The notes: a model not told the origin generated them from the letters alone. DNA of 64,000 bases from Thermoanaerobaculia bacterium (GCA_038244715.1 JBBRTE010000001.1:234877-298876); one strand, 5' to 3'. Positions 39,580-50,676 are shown, counted from the first letter of the stretch. Numbers and translations are program-made.

Positions 39580-40010
39580 GGGACAGCAAAACCTTCCCGT
39601 TCATCGTCCCACGTCACGGAGAGGATGCGCCAGCCGGCCGGGGTCTCCAGAAATTGAAAGCTCTTGACTCCCCGTGTCACGAACGGCGCGCCGTGAAGGA
39701 GGCCGCTCTTCCGGTACGTGCTCTGTCGATGCGCGATGTGCCCGAACACCTGTGTCGTCGCGGATGTCTCCACTTCTTCAAAGTCGGTGAGAGCACCACT
39801 GGTGAGCAGTTCCTGACGCGGAGCGATGAACTCCTCCACCGTCGAGATTTCGGGCGCGGACGCGACACACTTGGCGAGGACACCACGCTCCGCGAAAAGC
39901 TCGCGCATCCTGCCGACATCCGGCTGCCTGCCGCCGTGGTTGTCGAACACGGCAAAGAAGGCCGCGATGAGTTGATCGATCGCGACCACTGTTTCCGTCC
40001 GAACATCCAT
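39576..40010 (-). CDS. NTF2-like/DUF4440-type protein
   Basis: IDQLIAAFF, VFGHIAHRQSTY and GWRILSVTWDDE. Confidence 0.75.
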   Translation of the reverse strand: MDVRTETVVAIDQLIAAFFAVFDNHGGRQPDVGRMRELFAERGVLAKCVASAPEISTVEEFIAPRQELLTSGALTDFEEVETSATTQVFGHIAHRQSTYRKSGLLHGAPFVTRGVKSFQFLETPAGWRILSVTWDDEREGFAVP

Positions 40011-40317
40011 TCGCACCTCGACTTCGAAAGTGACCGCGCGCGATGATCGGATCGCGCAGCAAAATGGTAGTGCAGGAGTAACTCGGCCGCGTGGGTCGCC
40101 GAAAGGACGGGTCCTGTCCTAGGCATCTTCCCCTCACTCCTGCACGTGACGCGTCGACACACCGACGAACGTGACCGGTGACACGCGAGAGGGGTGACCA
40201 GCCGAACAGCCATCCTTTGGATTCGAATGCAGTGTGACTCCATCGACGCGCACGGCGCCAGCCCTCGTGGCTCGCAGTGATCGCCATCCTTCGGAACCGA
40301 CAATGAGGAGAAGCGTC

Positions 40318-43300
40318 ATGGAGCAAAGAAAGCATATTCGGCAGCAACTGACGATCGCCCTGCTCGCGGCGATTGTGATCCTGGGAGTGGCGGGAGGCGC
40401 GCTGGCCGCCACCGCGCCCGTCACCGTCACAATGGCCGTCACCGGTGACCCGGCGCCCGGTACATCGGTCAGCGCACGAGCGACCATTACCATCAACGAC
40501 GGCTCGTCGCTACAGAGCATCAAATGGAGCCAGGTCGGCGGCGTGACGGCCACCATCACCAATCCGACCATCGACACCGCCACAATTGCACTTCCCGGCC
40601 GCAGAGTCTTCCGGGATGAGCTGATGACGGTGCTCGCGGAACCACCGATCAGCGATTCTCAACTGCCTGAAAACGTTCCAGCTGACCCCGCCTACGCAGG
40701 CGGCCTGCAGAATCGCTTCGTCATCGCTGGCGTTTCTCCGCACGCGTTGGCCGACGCGGCGGCGATCAAGCTCGACATTGCCGTGACGACCACTTCCGGT
40801 ACGTACCACATCGCCACCGCGGTTGCCGCCAACCTGCCGTGGGAATCCGCAACGAGCGCGCGCAACGTTCCCCTGCTGCTTCCCGTACTGCTTCACGCGA
40901 AGAAGCAGGCCTCGTACGCATGGTCGCTCACGGCTCCAGCCGATTCGACGGCCACTCTCCTCGACCCGACGTCCCAGAACCCGGAGTTCACTCCTGACGT
41001 CGCCGGCACCTATGTTCTCAGCGTCATGGACATGGCCACGGCAAAGCCCGTCACCATGACCATTCACTCCGGCACCTGGAAGGGCATCATCACCGGTCAG
41101 GATGGAACAGGCCGGCCGATCGCCGATGCAGCATGTATGCAGTGCCACGTCAAGAACACGCCGCACTTCGATCTCTTCACTCCGTGGTCGAAGTCGGGCC
41201 ACTCGGAGATCTTCACGCAGAATGTGACGACTCCCGCCGGCCATTACAGCTCAGCGTGCCTTTCCTGCCATACCGTCGGATTCAACACCAAGGCCGTCAA
41301 GAACGGCGGAATCGACGAAGCGTCGGACTGGTCCGCATTCCTGGCGACGGATCTGCTCACACACGGCACGGCCTCGAACTGGACCACCATCCTCTCGCAA
41401 TTCCCCGCGACGGCCCGGATGGCCAACGTCCAGTGCGAGAACTGCCATGGGCCGCAGAACAGCGCCGCCCATGCGAAAAAAGACGGCTCGCGCATGTCGC
41501 TGTCGTCGGACCTCTGCGGCACCTGTCATGGCGAGCCCGCTCGTCACGGGCGTTTCCAGCAGTGGCAACTCTCCAAGCACGCCAACTACGCGACCGCAGT
41601 CGCCGAAGGAACGGACCCAACCTGCGCGAAGTGCCATAGCGCACAGGGATTCGTCGCCTGGAAGGAGAAGGGATTCAGCACTGCGAACCTCGACATCCAG
41701 TGGACCACCGAGGAGGTGCATCCGCAGACGTGCGCAACGTGCCACGATCCGCATGACGTCGGCACGACCTCCGGCGATAAGAATACGAACGCCAAAGTGC
41801 GCGTGACCGGAACGACGCCGCTGCTCCTGGCCGGCTTCACGGCCACCAACGTCGGCAGCGGCGCCATCTGCATGACCTGCCACAACGGCCGTCGCGGCCT
41901 CAAAGACGACGCGAACTACCTCCCCTCGGACGCCTCCCGCGCACCGCACGAAGGCACACAGGCCGACGTCATCATGGGTCAGAACATGTTCTTCACGAAG
42001 GTGGGCACGCGCGGCCTCCACTCCATGATCCAGGACTCCTGCGTCTCCTGCCACATGGAGTCGACGAATCCGCCCCCCGCCCTGGCAAACCTGAATGCTG
42101 ACGGCTCGTATGGCGGCACCAACCACACGTTCTTCGCCAGCAACACCATCTGCAACAAGTGCCACACCAACATCACCAAGGAAACGGTTCAGGCGCCCGT
42201 GCAGGCGAAGATGGATTCGCTCAAAGCGCAGATGGAGACCGCGATCAGGAACGTGATGCAGGCGCAGATCCGCGCCGGCAATGCGATCGACCTCAATGGA
42301 GTGAAGACAGTCAGGAACGCATCCGACATCACTGGCGTCGAATTCATCTCCAGCCACGGCCGTCAGGGGGTCAACGTCACTCTGACCGGCGGAACCAAAG
42401 TCAGCGATCTCTCGTTGGCCACGGTGAAAGTCGTCAGACCGGGCGGCTCGTCCGTCGAGCTGTACTCCGTCGCGGATCCCGCGATCCCGAAAGCCGGCTG
42501 GAACTACTTCATGGTGACCAACGACCGGAGCAAGGGCGTCCACAACCCTGCCTTTGTCAATTCCGCACTCGACGTCTCGAACTTCGCGGTGAGCACGATC
42601 AACGCGACGGCCAGTTCACCGGCCGGCGCGATCAACCCAGCTGCCATCGGTGGTGGAATCGGCAACGGTGCCGGCGCCGTCTCCTGTAAGTCCGCGTATG
42701 TCTACTGGAGTGAGATGGCGGGTCATACGCCGGGCGCCGGCGGAAGCCAGTGGCGCACCGACCTCGTGGCGCGCAACCTCGAGTCGTCGACCGCGTCTCT
42801 CCGCTTCATCCTGCACCAGGCCAGTGGGAATCTCGAGGCCGTCGGTACAGTCAATGGTGGTTCGCAGAAGGCCTTCGAAGATCTGACGGCAACGATGGGC
42901 AGCGGCAGCAACATGGGCGCGCTCGAAATCTGCTCCGACCGTCCGCTCCTCGTCGCCACGCGCATCTTCAATCAGGCGGATGCCGGCACCTACGGGCAGA
43001 GCTACGACGGCCGCGTCGCAGACCTCGGCTACTCCGTCGGGCAGACGATCAGCCTCATCGGGCTGCGTCAGAAGACGGATGCCTATCGCTCGAACCTCGT
43101 CGTGACGAATGGTGGAACGACCGAGGGACAGGTGACGGTCAATCTGTTCGACGCGAATGGGAAGTCGCTGACCGCCTACAACCTCACCATCCCGGCAGGC
43201 ACCGGCCTGCAGGATCTCGAGCCGTTCAAGAACCGGGCGAACGCGCCGGACGTCGAGTGGGGATACGCGACGGTCACCGTACTGAAGGGAACGAACATCC

Positions 43301-43365
43301 TCTCTTCGGCGTCGTTGATCGACATGAAGACCAACGACCCGACCACGATCCCGGCCAAGCAGTAA
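40318..43365 (+). CDS. Large secreted 9-heme cytochrome c with N-terminal Ig/PKD-like domains and C-terminal beta domain
   Basis: Signal peptide, WSQVGG and FTPDVAGTY PKD-like motifs, 9 CxxCH, KGVHNP, and a heme-free C-terminal domain of about 230 aa. Confidence 0.88.
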   Translation: MEQRKHIRQQLTIALLAAIVILGVAGGALAATAPVTVTMAVTGDPAPGTSVSARATITINDGSSLQSIKWSQVGGVTATITNPTIDTATIALPGRRVFRDELMTVLAEPPISDSQLPENVPADPAYAGGLQNRFVIAGVSPHALADAAAIKLDIAVTTTSGTYHIATAVAANLPWESATSARNVPLLLPVLLHAKKQASYAWSLTAPADSTATLLDPTSQNPEFTPDVAGTYVLSVMDMATAKPVTMTIHSGTWKGIITGQDGTGRPIADAACMQCHVKNTPHFDLFTPWSKSGHSEIFTQNVTTPAGHYSSACLSCHTVGFNTKAVKNGGIDEASDWSAFLATDLLTHGTASNWTTILSQFPATARMANVQCENCHGPQNSAAHAKKDGSRMSLSSDLCGTCHGEPARHGRFQQWQLSKHANYATAVAEGTDPTCAKCHSAQGFVAWKEKGFSTANLDIQWTTEEVHPQTCATCHDPHDVGTTSGDKNTNAKVRVTGTTPLLLAGFTATNVGSGAICMTCHNGRRGLKDDANYLPSDASRAPHEGTQADVIMGQNMFFTKVGTRGLHSMIQDSCVSCHMESTNPPPALANLNADGSYGGTNHTFFASNTICNKCHTNITKETVQAPVQAKMDSLKAQMETAIRNVMQAQIRAGNAIDLNGVKTVRNASDITGVEFISSHGRQGVNVTLTGGTKVSDLSLATVKVVRPGGSSVELYSVADPAIPKAGWNYFMVTNDRSKGVHNPAFVNSALDVSNFAVSTINATASSPAGAINPAAIGGGIGNGAGAVSCKSAYVYWSEMAGHTPGAGGSQWRTDLVARNLESSTASLRFILHQASGNLEAVGTVNGGSQKAFEDLTATMGSGSNMGALEICSDRPLLVATRIFNQADAGTYGQSYDGRVADLGYSVGQTISLIGLRQKTDAYRSNLVVTNGGTTEGQVTVNLFDANGKSLTAYNLTIPAGTGLQDLEPFKNRANAPDVEWGYATVTVLKGTNILSSASLIDMKTNDPTTIPAKQ

Positions 43366-43385
43366 GCGCACAAAATCACAACGCG

Positions 43386-43420
43386 AGGGGTGGCAGCCGG
43401 TGGCTGCCACCCCTTTTCTT
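43386..43420 (+). terminator. Rho-independent terminator
   Basis: AGGGGTGGCAGCC-GGT-GGCTGCCACCCCT followed by a T-run. Confidence 0.8.
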
Positions 43421-43563
43421 GTCAATAGGCAAATCGCAGAACGGTCAAATTGAAAGATCCCCGGCACCGTAGCGCCGGCGGCCCGCCGGCTGGACCGCCG
43501 CCGGCCCGGCGGCGAAACGAGGATCCCCAACCCCAACGTTCCATTCGCACGAGGTCCCCCATT

Positions 43564-43953
43564 TCAGCGGGACGCGTTCAGCGCCACGGCCTCGCGAATC
43601 AGAGCCTTCAGTGCCTTCTTGTCGATCGTCTCGCCTTCGTGGAAATCGATGGCCCGCCGGGTGTTGCCCTCGAGGCTGGAATTGAAGAGGCCCGATGGAT
43701 CTTCGAGCGCAGCCCCTTTGGCGAACGTCAGCTTCACGGCTTTCTTGTACGTCTCACCGGTGCAGATCAATCCGTCGTGAGACCACACAGGAACGCTCCA
43801 CTTCCACTCCTCGACGGCCTCCGGATCCGCCTGCTTGATCAGTGTGCGGATCTGGGAAAGCATCTTCCCCCGCCAATCGTCCAGCTCCTGGATCCTCTCG
43901 TCGATCATCCGCGATGGAGACAGCTCCTTCTGTGGCTCGCCTTTCTTCATCAT
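43564..43953 (-). CDS. DUF1801/YdhG-like protein
   Basis: EEWKWSVPVW, KLTFAKGA and DPSGLFNSSLEGNTRRAID. Confidence 0.88.
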   Translation of the reverse strand: MMKKGEPQKELSPSRMIDERIQELDDWRGKMLSQIRTLIKQADPEAVEEWKWSVPVWSHDGLICTGETYKKAVKLTFAKGAALEDPSGLFNSSLEGNTRRAIDFHEGETIDKKALKALIREAVALNASR

Positions 43954-44045
43954 GGTTGTTCGTCGCTCCTATCTGTTCCGCGAGGTTGAATCGCGGCTGG
44001 CGTTTGAATTCTAGAGCTGGTGGACGATGGCGCAGATGATCAGCC

Positions 44046-44525
44046 TTATGGTGTGCAACGCTCTCGAAGCAGATAAAGCACCAGCGTCTCGAGCTTCGCC
44101 GGGTCGTCGTTCCAATCGCCGTAAATCTCCCACGACGTGCCGGCTAGAGCACGGCAGCTCTCCCCTGCCCAGTCATGAATCGCCCTGTGCGCCTGAGCCA
44201 ACCCGTCATAGGAGCCGACATGTCGGGCCACCGCGGCCTCGCCGCCCGGAGTTCGTGCGGGTCTGACCTCGCCCAATGCTGCGAATTCTCGAATGACCTC
44301 GACGCCGAAGTCGGCATGCATCGGGTCCCCTTCGCTGGCGGGATGGTGATACACGAACACGTTGTGTCCATCGGTCCGCAGTCCGGGCTGGGTGCGCAGA
44401 AATGCCCACACCTGATCGAGGGCAGGCCGCCAGACGTCCCCTACCCGACCGGGGGCAACCTCTCGCCCCACGGCCGCCAGCAATCTTGGCGAAACGACTT
44501 CGACCTGGACGGGTGGACGCATCAT
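44046..44525 (-). CDS. GyrI-like small-molecule-binding protein
   Basis: HVGSYDGL and SWEIYGDW motifs. Confidence 0.82.
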   Translation of the reverse strand: MMRPPVQVEVVSPRLLAAVGREVAPGRVGDVWRPALDQVWAFLRTQPGLRTDGHNVFVYHHPASEGDPMHADFGVEVIREFAALGEVRPARTPGGEAAVARHVGSYDGLAQAHRAIHDWAGESCRALAGTSWEIYGDWNDDPAKLETLVLYLLRERCTP

Positions 44526-44553
44526 TCGAACCTCCGTTTTCTCGATTCGTTTG

Positions 44554-45315
44554 TCAGAAGTGTGGCAGCGGACGCCCGTCCAATGCCGAGCGGACGAGCG
44601 TCAGCGCATATTCGTGGTCAACGCGAGCCGGCGTGTCAAACGCCATCCCACCACGCCAGCTCTCCGGCGCCTCGGGATGGATTCCGGCGAGGACGATCCA
44701 TCCCTCTCCCGATTTCCCTTGCACGACTGCAGGCGTGCCGTCGGGATACCGTGCGACGACAGCGCCCCAGCCGGTGAGCTGCGGACCATCTTCCCAATAT
44801 TGGACAAGCGTGGGTGTTCCCGCTCCCGCGATCGGCACCGCTGCCCTGCGCACCCCCTGCCTCTCGGCAGAGTAGAAGCCGAACTGCACGCCGGAGGTCA
44901 GGTTCAATCCGTTGTAGGGCGAACGGCCGGCAAAGAATGCTCCGGCGCAGATGCCGAGGTAGTTGACACCGGACTGCACGGCATCGCGGAGCCTGGTTGC
45001 GGTGTCCTTCCGGAGACCCATCCCGATGCGCGTGAAGTCTCCGCCGGGAACGATGATGAGTCGATAGGCACGGAGCCGCGCCGCGCTCATCGCATCCAAC
45101 TGTGGCGAGTCCGCGGTCGCGTAGGAGATCCGGCTCTTCTCGAGAAGTACAGCGATCGCGGCGACGTCGTTGGGAGACGTGCCCGTCCCATTGAAGAGCA
45201 GGATCGGAGGTGTGGAGCCGAAGGTCCGTGAGACCGCGGAGTCGCGGGGCCGATCACAGGCCGCCAGGTGGAGCGCGAAGAGGGCTATCCAAAAGAGTGA
45301 GCCTTGATGCTTCAT
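44554..45315 (-). CDS. BPL_N (class I GATase-like) domain lipoprotein
   Basis: LAAC lipobox, IVPGG, YLGICAGA and GIHPE. Confidence 0.75.
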   Translation of the reverse strand: MKHQGSLFWIALFALHLAACDRPRDSAVSRTFGSTPPILLFNGTGTSPNDVAAIAVLLEKSRISYATADSPQLDAMSAARLRAYRLIIVPGGDFTRIGMGLRKDTATRLRDAVQSGVNYLGICAGAFFAGRSPYNGLNLTSGVQFGFYSAERQGVRRAAVPIAGAGTPTLVQYWEDGPQLTGWGAVVARYPDGTPAVVQGKSGEGWIVLAGIHPEAPESWRGGMAFDTPARVDHEYALTLVRSALDGRPLPHF

Positions 45316-45371
45316 CGTGACGCGGGAGCCGAGACTAGCACACGGTCGTGCCTCCCAACTCTCTGCACGGA

Positions 45372-45520
45372 CTACTCGTCACAAAGCCGTTGCTTCATAT
45401 CCGCATACGCGGCGTGAATGAGCCTCCTCAAAGCTTCGGAATCGACGCAGCCTACGGGCGTGATCTTCACCTGGCGCATGAACTTGCCCGCGCCTTCCAA
45501 CAGTCCGTCCGGATCGGGAG
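45372..45520 (-). pseudogene. C-terminal remnant of a DUF1801-like gene
   Basis: PDPDGLLEGAGKFMRQVKI...ALRRLIHAAY with no recognisable N-terminal half. Confidence 0.55.
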
Positions 45521-45593
45521 CGACTCTGGAAAGCGAAAAAGCTGGCTCATTGCGGGAACGCTGCAATTTCCCACGTCGAGACGACGGGACGGA

Positions 45594-45958
45594 CTAGTCA
45601 TGGTGGAAATAGAACCGGTTCCCGTCCAGGTCCTCGACGGTGAACTGCCTCAGGCCCCATGGCTTCGTCTCCAACGGATCGACGATGTTCGCGCCGAGGA
45701 ATTGCAGCTCGTCATAGGTGGCGTCGACGTCGATGGCGAACACCCAGTGTGAACCGCCGGCTCGAACGGCGGCTCTCGCCTTCGAAAGAAGATCACGGCC
45801 GTGCCCCGCGACACCGACCCGATCCCCTTGTCCGGCTCGAGCCATCCGATCTCGAAGCCGAGCGTGTCGCGATAGTAGCGCTGCGCGCGTTCGACATCCG
45901 CAACAGGAAGATCCGGCACCGGATGACCGATCGAAGTCAACGCTTCTCCTGCGCTCAC
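45594..45958 (-). pseudogene. VOC/glyoxalase-family gene with frameshift
   Basis: LPVADVERAQRYY..LGF in one frame and PWGLRQFTVEDLDGN in another. CACACTGG near 45750 has an extra 2 nt relative to CAC TGG. Confidence 0.75.
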
Positions 45959-46055
45959 AAAACGCTCCTTCCCGGGCTTTTGCTGGTCGCTGCACACTCC
46001 GAGAACGGACAACCCTGCTTCTATCCTACTGGCTGCCCCGACGGTTCACAGGCCC

Positions 46056-46132
46056 TGTCATCCTGAGCGACGCGAAGGATCTCAAGTTGCGCATCTTAAG
46101 ATCCTTCGCCGTCTTCGCGGCTCAGAATGACA
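46056..46132. repeat. REP-like inverted repeat
   Basis: TGTCATCCTGAGC..GCGAAGGATCT / AGATCCTTCGC..GCTCAGAATGACA arms. Confidence 0.7.
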
Positions 46133-46168
46133 CGGGCCGGCCCTTCCACTCGTGATGAATCATCCGGT

Positions 46169-47128
46169 CTAGTTTGTGGCGTGGTACTTCACCATGCGCC
46201 ACTGGTTGTAGCCGGTCAGGTCCTTCGAGCCGATGTGGCCGAAGGGCACCGTGGAGAAGACGACCTCGCCGTTCTGGCCCGGGATGCGACACGTGGATTG
46301 CCCGTAGACGATCGTGCCGTAGCCGATGACTTCATCCACCTGCGACCAGATCGAGTAGACGAATGAGCCCTCGTAATGGGAGGTGGCGTTCATGTCGACG
46401 AGGATCGACGAGACATCGTACGGACCGAAGAAACCGATGAGATAGCCGGGATAGAGGCCGTTGACGTCGCTGCACGTGGGCGTCGTCGGGCCGCTCAGGT
46501 AGCAATCGGTGAGTCCGCGATTGCCGCCGGCGATTCCGACGAAGGTATCGACGGAACTGGTGAGAGAGGCGCCGAGGTTGTAGTTGCCACCGGCGGCGGA
46601 ATCGTAGGCGCTGCCGCCTTTGATCGCTTTACGCGCCAGCGTGACTCCCATGGAGTGGCAGACGATGTCGACCTTCGTCGCGCCGGTGTAGGCCTTCACC
46701 GCCTGGATGAATGCGCGCAAGCGCGTCATGTTGTCCTTCGAGTGATATTGCAGTGAGGCCAGCGCCGGATTCGCAGGTCCCCAGGTCGTCGCGTAGAGCT
46801 CCGCCGAGGTGTAACCCTGCGACTTGAAGTAGGTGATGGAGTTGGTCCAACCAGTGAGGGGCGGGATGGTCCCGAGCGCGCTGTCGGAGTTCCCGTGGAT
46901 GAAGATGACCGGTTGGTTCACGACGGCTTGGCCGGGCGTCGTCCGTCCGCCGTACGCCCCGCCCGGGACATCAGAACGCTGGAAGTTGTAGCTGCCGTAG
47001 CCGTTCGCGGAGAGGAAGTTGCGGAAGTCAGTGGACAGACCGTAGGCAGGATCGGAAGGGCCCTGGGCGTGAAGAGAGAGAGCGACGAAGGACAGGACGA
47101 GAGCCGGGAGCAGAACGCGGACGCGCAT
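46169..47128 (-). CDS. Secreted lipase class 2 (alpha/beta hydrolase)
   Basis: Signal peptide, PVIFIHGNSD, VDIVCHSMG nucleophile elbow and GH catalytic His. Confidence 0.88.
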   Translation of the reverse strand: MRVRVLLPALVLSFVALSLHAQGPSDPAYGLSTDFRNFLSANGYGSYNFQRSDVPGGAYGGRTTPGQAVVNQPVIFIHGNSDSALGTIPPLTGWTNSITYFKSQGYTSAELYATTWGPANPALASLQYHSKDNMTRLRAFIQAVKAYTGATKVDIVCHSMGVTLARKAIKGGSAYDSAAGGNYNLGASLTSSVDTFVGIAGGNRGLTDCYLSGPTTPTCSDVNGLYPGYLIGFFGPYDVSSILVDMNATSHYEGSFVYSIWSQVDEVIGYGTIVYGQSTCRIPGQNGEVVFSTVPFGHIGSKDLTGYNQWRMVKYHATN

Positions 47129-47266
47129 GCGGGGGATCCTCCTCGTTGTCATAGCCGGACGATTGCAGACCGACCGGTCGGTTTGTTGAGAAGGGAGGAG
47201 TCTACCAGACACACGAGAGCAAGGTACGTTTCGTTTCGCGCCGACTTTCCGTCGATCGAAGACCTG

Positions 47267-47302
47267 ATACGCATCCTGTTGTCAATACGCATCCTGTTGT
47301 CA
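47267..47302. repeat. 18-bp perfect tandem duplication ATACGCATCCTGTTGTCA x2
   Basis: Directly visible in the intergenic region between amtB and the lipase gene. Confidence 0.85.
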
Positions 47303-47335
47303 GGCCTTCGCTTCCCCCCACCAGGCCCCTCCTGA

Positions 47336-48583
47336 TCACGTCCCCTCGAGGTATGCCGTCTCGCCGTGCAGGGACTGATCGAGTCCTTCGACTTCGTCGG
47401 ACTCCTGGACCTTCACCGGCGTAATCCGTTCGATCAGCCAGAGCATTCCGTAGGTGAAGACGAATGCCCATGCTGAGGAGATGGCAACGGCGGCGAGCTC
47501 CACGAAAAAGAAGTGAGAGTTTCCGCGCAGCAGGCCGTCCACACCGGCAGGATTGAACGCCGTCGTCGCGAAGATGCCGCAGAGAATGATGCCGAGGAAG
47601 CCGCCCACGCCGTGAACGCCCCAGACGTCGAGCGCGTCGTCCCACTTCAACCTGTTCTTGAGCGCCACGGCGTAAAAGCAGACGCAGCCTGCGATGAGCC
47701 CGATCAGACAGGCAGTGGCCGGCGAGACATATCCCGCGGCCGGAGTGATCGTGGCCAGACCCGCTACCGCGCCGGTCAGCAGTCCCAGGAATCGGGGCTT
47801 CCGGAACTGCATCCAGTCGAGGCAAAGCCACGCCATCGCTGCGAAGCTGGCGGCAATGTCGGTGTTGAGAAACGCGACGGCTGTGACCGAGTCGACGCGG
47901 AATTCGCTTCCCGCATTGAAACCGTACCATCCAAACCAGAGCAGGCCGGTACCGAGGGCCACGAGCGGGATGGAGTGCGGCCCTCGATCTTCGACCTTAC
48001 GCCTGCCGACATAGAGAACGGACGCGAGAGCAGCGATCCCGGCAATGTTATGGACCACGATTCCGCCCGCGAAATCGAGCACGCCCCAGCTGGCCAGGAG
48101 TCCGCCGCCCCAGATCATGTGGACAAAGGGGAAGTAGACGCAGAGCAGCCAGGCCGTGAGAAAGAGCATGTAGGCCTTGAACGTTACGCGATTGGCGAAG
48201 GCCCCCGTGATGAGGGCTGGGGTGATGATGGCGAACATCATCTGGTACGTGCAGAAGACGATCATCGGGATCGAGGCGTTGACCGGAGAGGGCATGTCGA
48301 GCGTGATCCCCGAGAGGAACGCCCAATGGAAATTGCCGATGATTCCACCCAGATCGGTTCCGTGTTTCAGGTCGCCGCTGAAGCACATGGAAAAGCCGCA
48401 CGCCCACCAGAGCACCGTCGTCCAGCCCATCGACACAAAGCTTTGCATCATGATCGACAGCACATTCCTGCGGCCCACCAGCCCGCCGTAGAAGAACGCC
48501 AGGCCTGGCGTCATGAGCATGACAAGGCTGGAGCACAGGAGCATGAACGCAGTGTTCCCGGTGTCGATGGTCATCGAATGCAT
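47336..48583 (-). CDS. amtB: Ammonium transporter
   Basis: LMTPGLAFFYGG, DFAGGIVVH, LWFGWYGFNAGS and DDALDVWGVHG. Confidence 0.97.
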   Translation of the reverse strand: MHSMTIDTGNTAFMLLCSSLVMLMTPGLAFFYGGLVGRRNVLSIMMQSFVSMGWTTVLWWACGFSMCFSGDLKHGTDLGGIIGNFHWAFLSGITLDMPSPVNASIPMIVFCTYQMMFAIITPALITGAFANRVTFKAYMLFLTAWLLCVYFPFVHMIWGGGLLASWGVLDFAGGIVVHNIAGIAALASVLYVGRRKVEDRGPHSIPLVALGTGLLWFGWYGFNAGSEFRVDSVTAVAFLNTDIAASFAAMAWLCLDWMQFRKPRFLGLLTGAVAGLATITPAAGYVSPATACLIGLIAGCVCFYAVALKNRLKWDDALDVWGVHGVGGFLGIILCGIFATTAFNPAGVDGLLRGNSHFFFVELAAVAISSAWAFVFTYGMLWLIERITPVKVQESDEVEGLDQSLHGETAYLEGT

Positions 48584-48750
48584 CGCAATCTCCTCTTGAA
48601 GAGGCAATCATGGCACCGTTCCGACTGATGTAGTCTGCGGGGCCGCTTGGCCCCGCTTTTTCTGAAAGGCGATCACGCCCAAAGGACCGCGGGTGTTGAG
48701 CAAACGGGTAACTGTCGCTATGCTCGCTTCAAGGAGAACCATAACCCTTC

Positions 48751-50676
48751 ATGCCAGTTCCGCCGAAACGTGACACCGATCAGCTCCGGTTCACGATGCC
48801 GTTCGAGCCGATGACGATCGAACATTTGGGTCTTCGGCTCTACAGCACGTTGCCGCCTGTGATTGGCGAGATGGCCTCGAACGCTTACGACAGCGAGTCG
48901 CCCAAGGTCGAAATTCAGATTCCGGACGGCCCGCTCACCGACTCGTCCGAGGTCGTCGTTCGGGACTTCGGGCACGGGATGGATGCGTCGGACATCCAAG
49001 AACAGTTCCTGCCCATCGGCAGGAACAGGCGTGGGGAGCAGTCCGCAAACCGACTGTCGAGAAACGGCAAAGTCAAGGTTACGGGTCGTAAGGGCCTTGG
49101 AAAGTTGTCCGCCTTCGGCGTCGCCAACCAGATGATCGTCCAAGGCATCGTCGGCTGCGAATCCATCGCGATATGCCTCGACTACACGGAGATGATGGAG
49201 TGGCCGAAGTCACACCCGAATGCGCCCTATGAACCGAAAGTGATTACCGCCCTCACGGGACCGAGTGACGAACCGGCCGGCGTCATCATCCGGCTTCGCA
49301 AATTCCACCGCGAAAACCCGTTTTCAGACGATGCAGTGCGGAAGGGACTCGCGCGACGCCTTCACATGATCGGCTCCAGATTCCAAGTCGTCGTTAACGG
49401 CAAGCCGGTCGGCCCCGGGGACAGGATTCGACGCGATCAGTGTCCCCCCAAGTTTTCGTGGGATATCAAGGAAGTGCCAGGAAACGGGGATGTCGCCACC
49501 GGGATGAAGGTGACGGGCTGGATCGGCTTCCTGGAAAAAGCCTCACAGGCGGAGCGGGGCGTGGACATTTTCGCCACCGAGAAGGCGGTGGAATTGGGGA
49601 GCTTTTTCAACTTTGCAAGTACACATGTTCAGTTCGCACGAGCCCACCTCGTGGGTGAAATTCAAGCGAACTTCCTCGATGACGGCGAGGATCTGGCCGC
49701 GACAGCCCGCAACTCCGTGGTGTGGGAGTCGGCCGCGGGGCAGGCGCTCGAGCACTGGGGGCAGCGGGTCCTTCAATGGGTGTTCGAGCAGTGGGCGACG
49801 CTCCGTCGCGAGGAGAAAGAGGTCAAGGTCGTCAAAGCCGCAAAGTTCGACGAGTGGCTCGACACTCGATCCGAGCGGGAAAAGAAGGTCGCACATAAAA
49901 TGGTGCATCTGCTGGTGTCCGACGACCGGATCGACCCCGAATCCACCGGCCCCCTCTTGGAGATTGTGAAGACGAGCGTTGAAACGGTCGCGTTTCGCGA
50001 CTTGGTCGATGCCATCGAGGAAGATGGGCTTACGGCGTCAACCCTGCTGCGCCTCTTTGACGAGTGGCGCGTCATCGAAGCGCGCGAACACCTGAAGATC
50101 TCAGACGGTCGGATGGCGGCGATCGAGAAATTGGACCGATTCATCAAGACCGGTGCTCTGGAGGTGCAGGAGATGCAGCCGCTGTTCGAGCAGAACCTTT
50201 GGCTCATTGATCCCAGTTGGACCGAAGCGGACGGTCAGAATCGATACACGGACCTTCTCCGAAAGCATTGCAAGGAGCCGAAGAAGCTCGACCAGAAGGA
50301 TCGGCGACTCGACATCCTGGGGATAAAAGAGAGCTCCATGCTCACAATCGTGGAGCTCAAACGGCCTGAAAAAACCCTTTCACGCGTGGATCTTGATCAG
50401 ATCGAGAGCTACGTCGATTGGGCGCGAAGCAACCTGGTCGGTACTGGACCGGATGCCCCCAAGTACATCCACGGCCTGCTCATCGTCGGAAAGCTCAGCA
50501 GCCGTCCCGATGTTTCAAAGAAGCAGGAGCGTCTTGCGGGCGACGATATTCGGGTGGAGACGTATGGCGATCTCAGCAACCGATCGTCCGAGTACTACGA
50601 TGTCGTTCAGAAGGCGTTGAAGAAGGTTGCCCCGGAGTACGCGCGGCGTCGTGCAGCCTCTCGGAAGCGCGCATGA
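48751..50676 (+). CDS. MORC/GHKL ATPase fused to a C-terminal PD-(D/E)xK nuclease
   Basis: [15 protein letters not shown] and GRKGLGK; C-terminal RLDIL...IVELKRP...QIESY. Confidence 0.82.
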   Translation: MPVPPKRDTDQLRFTMPFEPMTIEHLGLRLYSTLPPVIGEMASNAYDSESPKVEIQIPDGPLTDSSEVVVRDFGHGMDASDIQEQFLPIGRNRRGEQSANRLSRNGKVKVTGRKGLGKLSAFGVANQMIVQGIVGCESIAICLDYTEMMEWPKSHPNAPYEPKVITALTGPSDEPAGVIIRLRKFHRENPFSDDAVRKGLARRLHMIGSRFQVVVNGKPVGPGDRIRRDQCPPKFSWDIKEVPGNGDVATGMKVTGWIGFLEKASQAERGVDIFATEKAVELGSFFNFASTHVQFARAHLVGEIQANFLDDGEDLAATARNSVVWESAAGQALEHWGQRVLQWVFEQWATLRREEKEVKVVKAAKFDEWLDTRSEREKKVAHKMVHLLVSDDRIDPESTGPLLEIVKTSVETVAFRDLVDAIEEDGLTASTLLRLFDEWRVIEAREHLKISDGRMAAIEKLDRFIKTGALEVQEMQPLFEQNLWLIDPSWTEADGQNRYTDLLRKHCKEPKKLDQKDRRLDILGIKESSMLTIVELKRPEKTLSRVDLDQIESYVDWARSNLVGTGPDAPKYIHGLLIVGKLSSRPDVSKKQERLAGDDIRVETYGDLSNRSSEYYDVVQKALKKVAPEYARRRAASRKRA

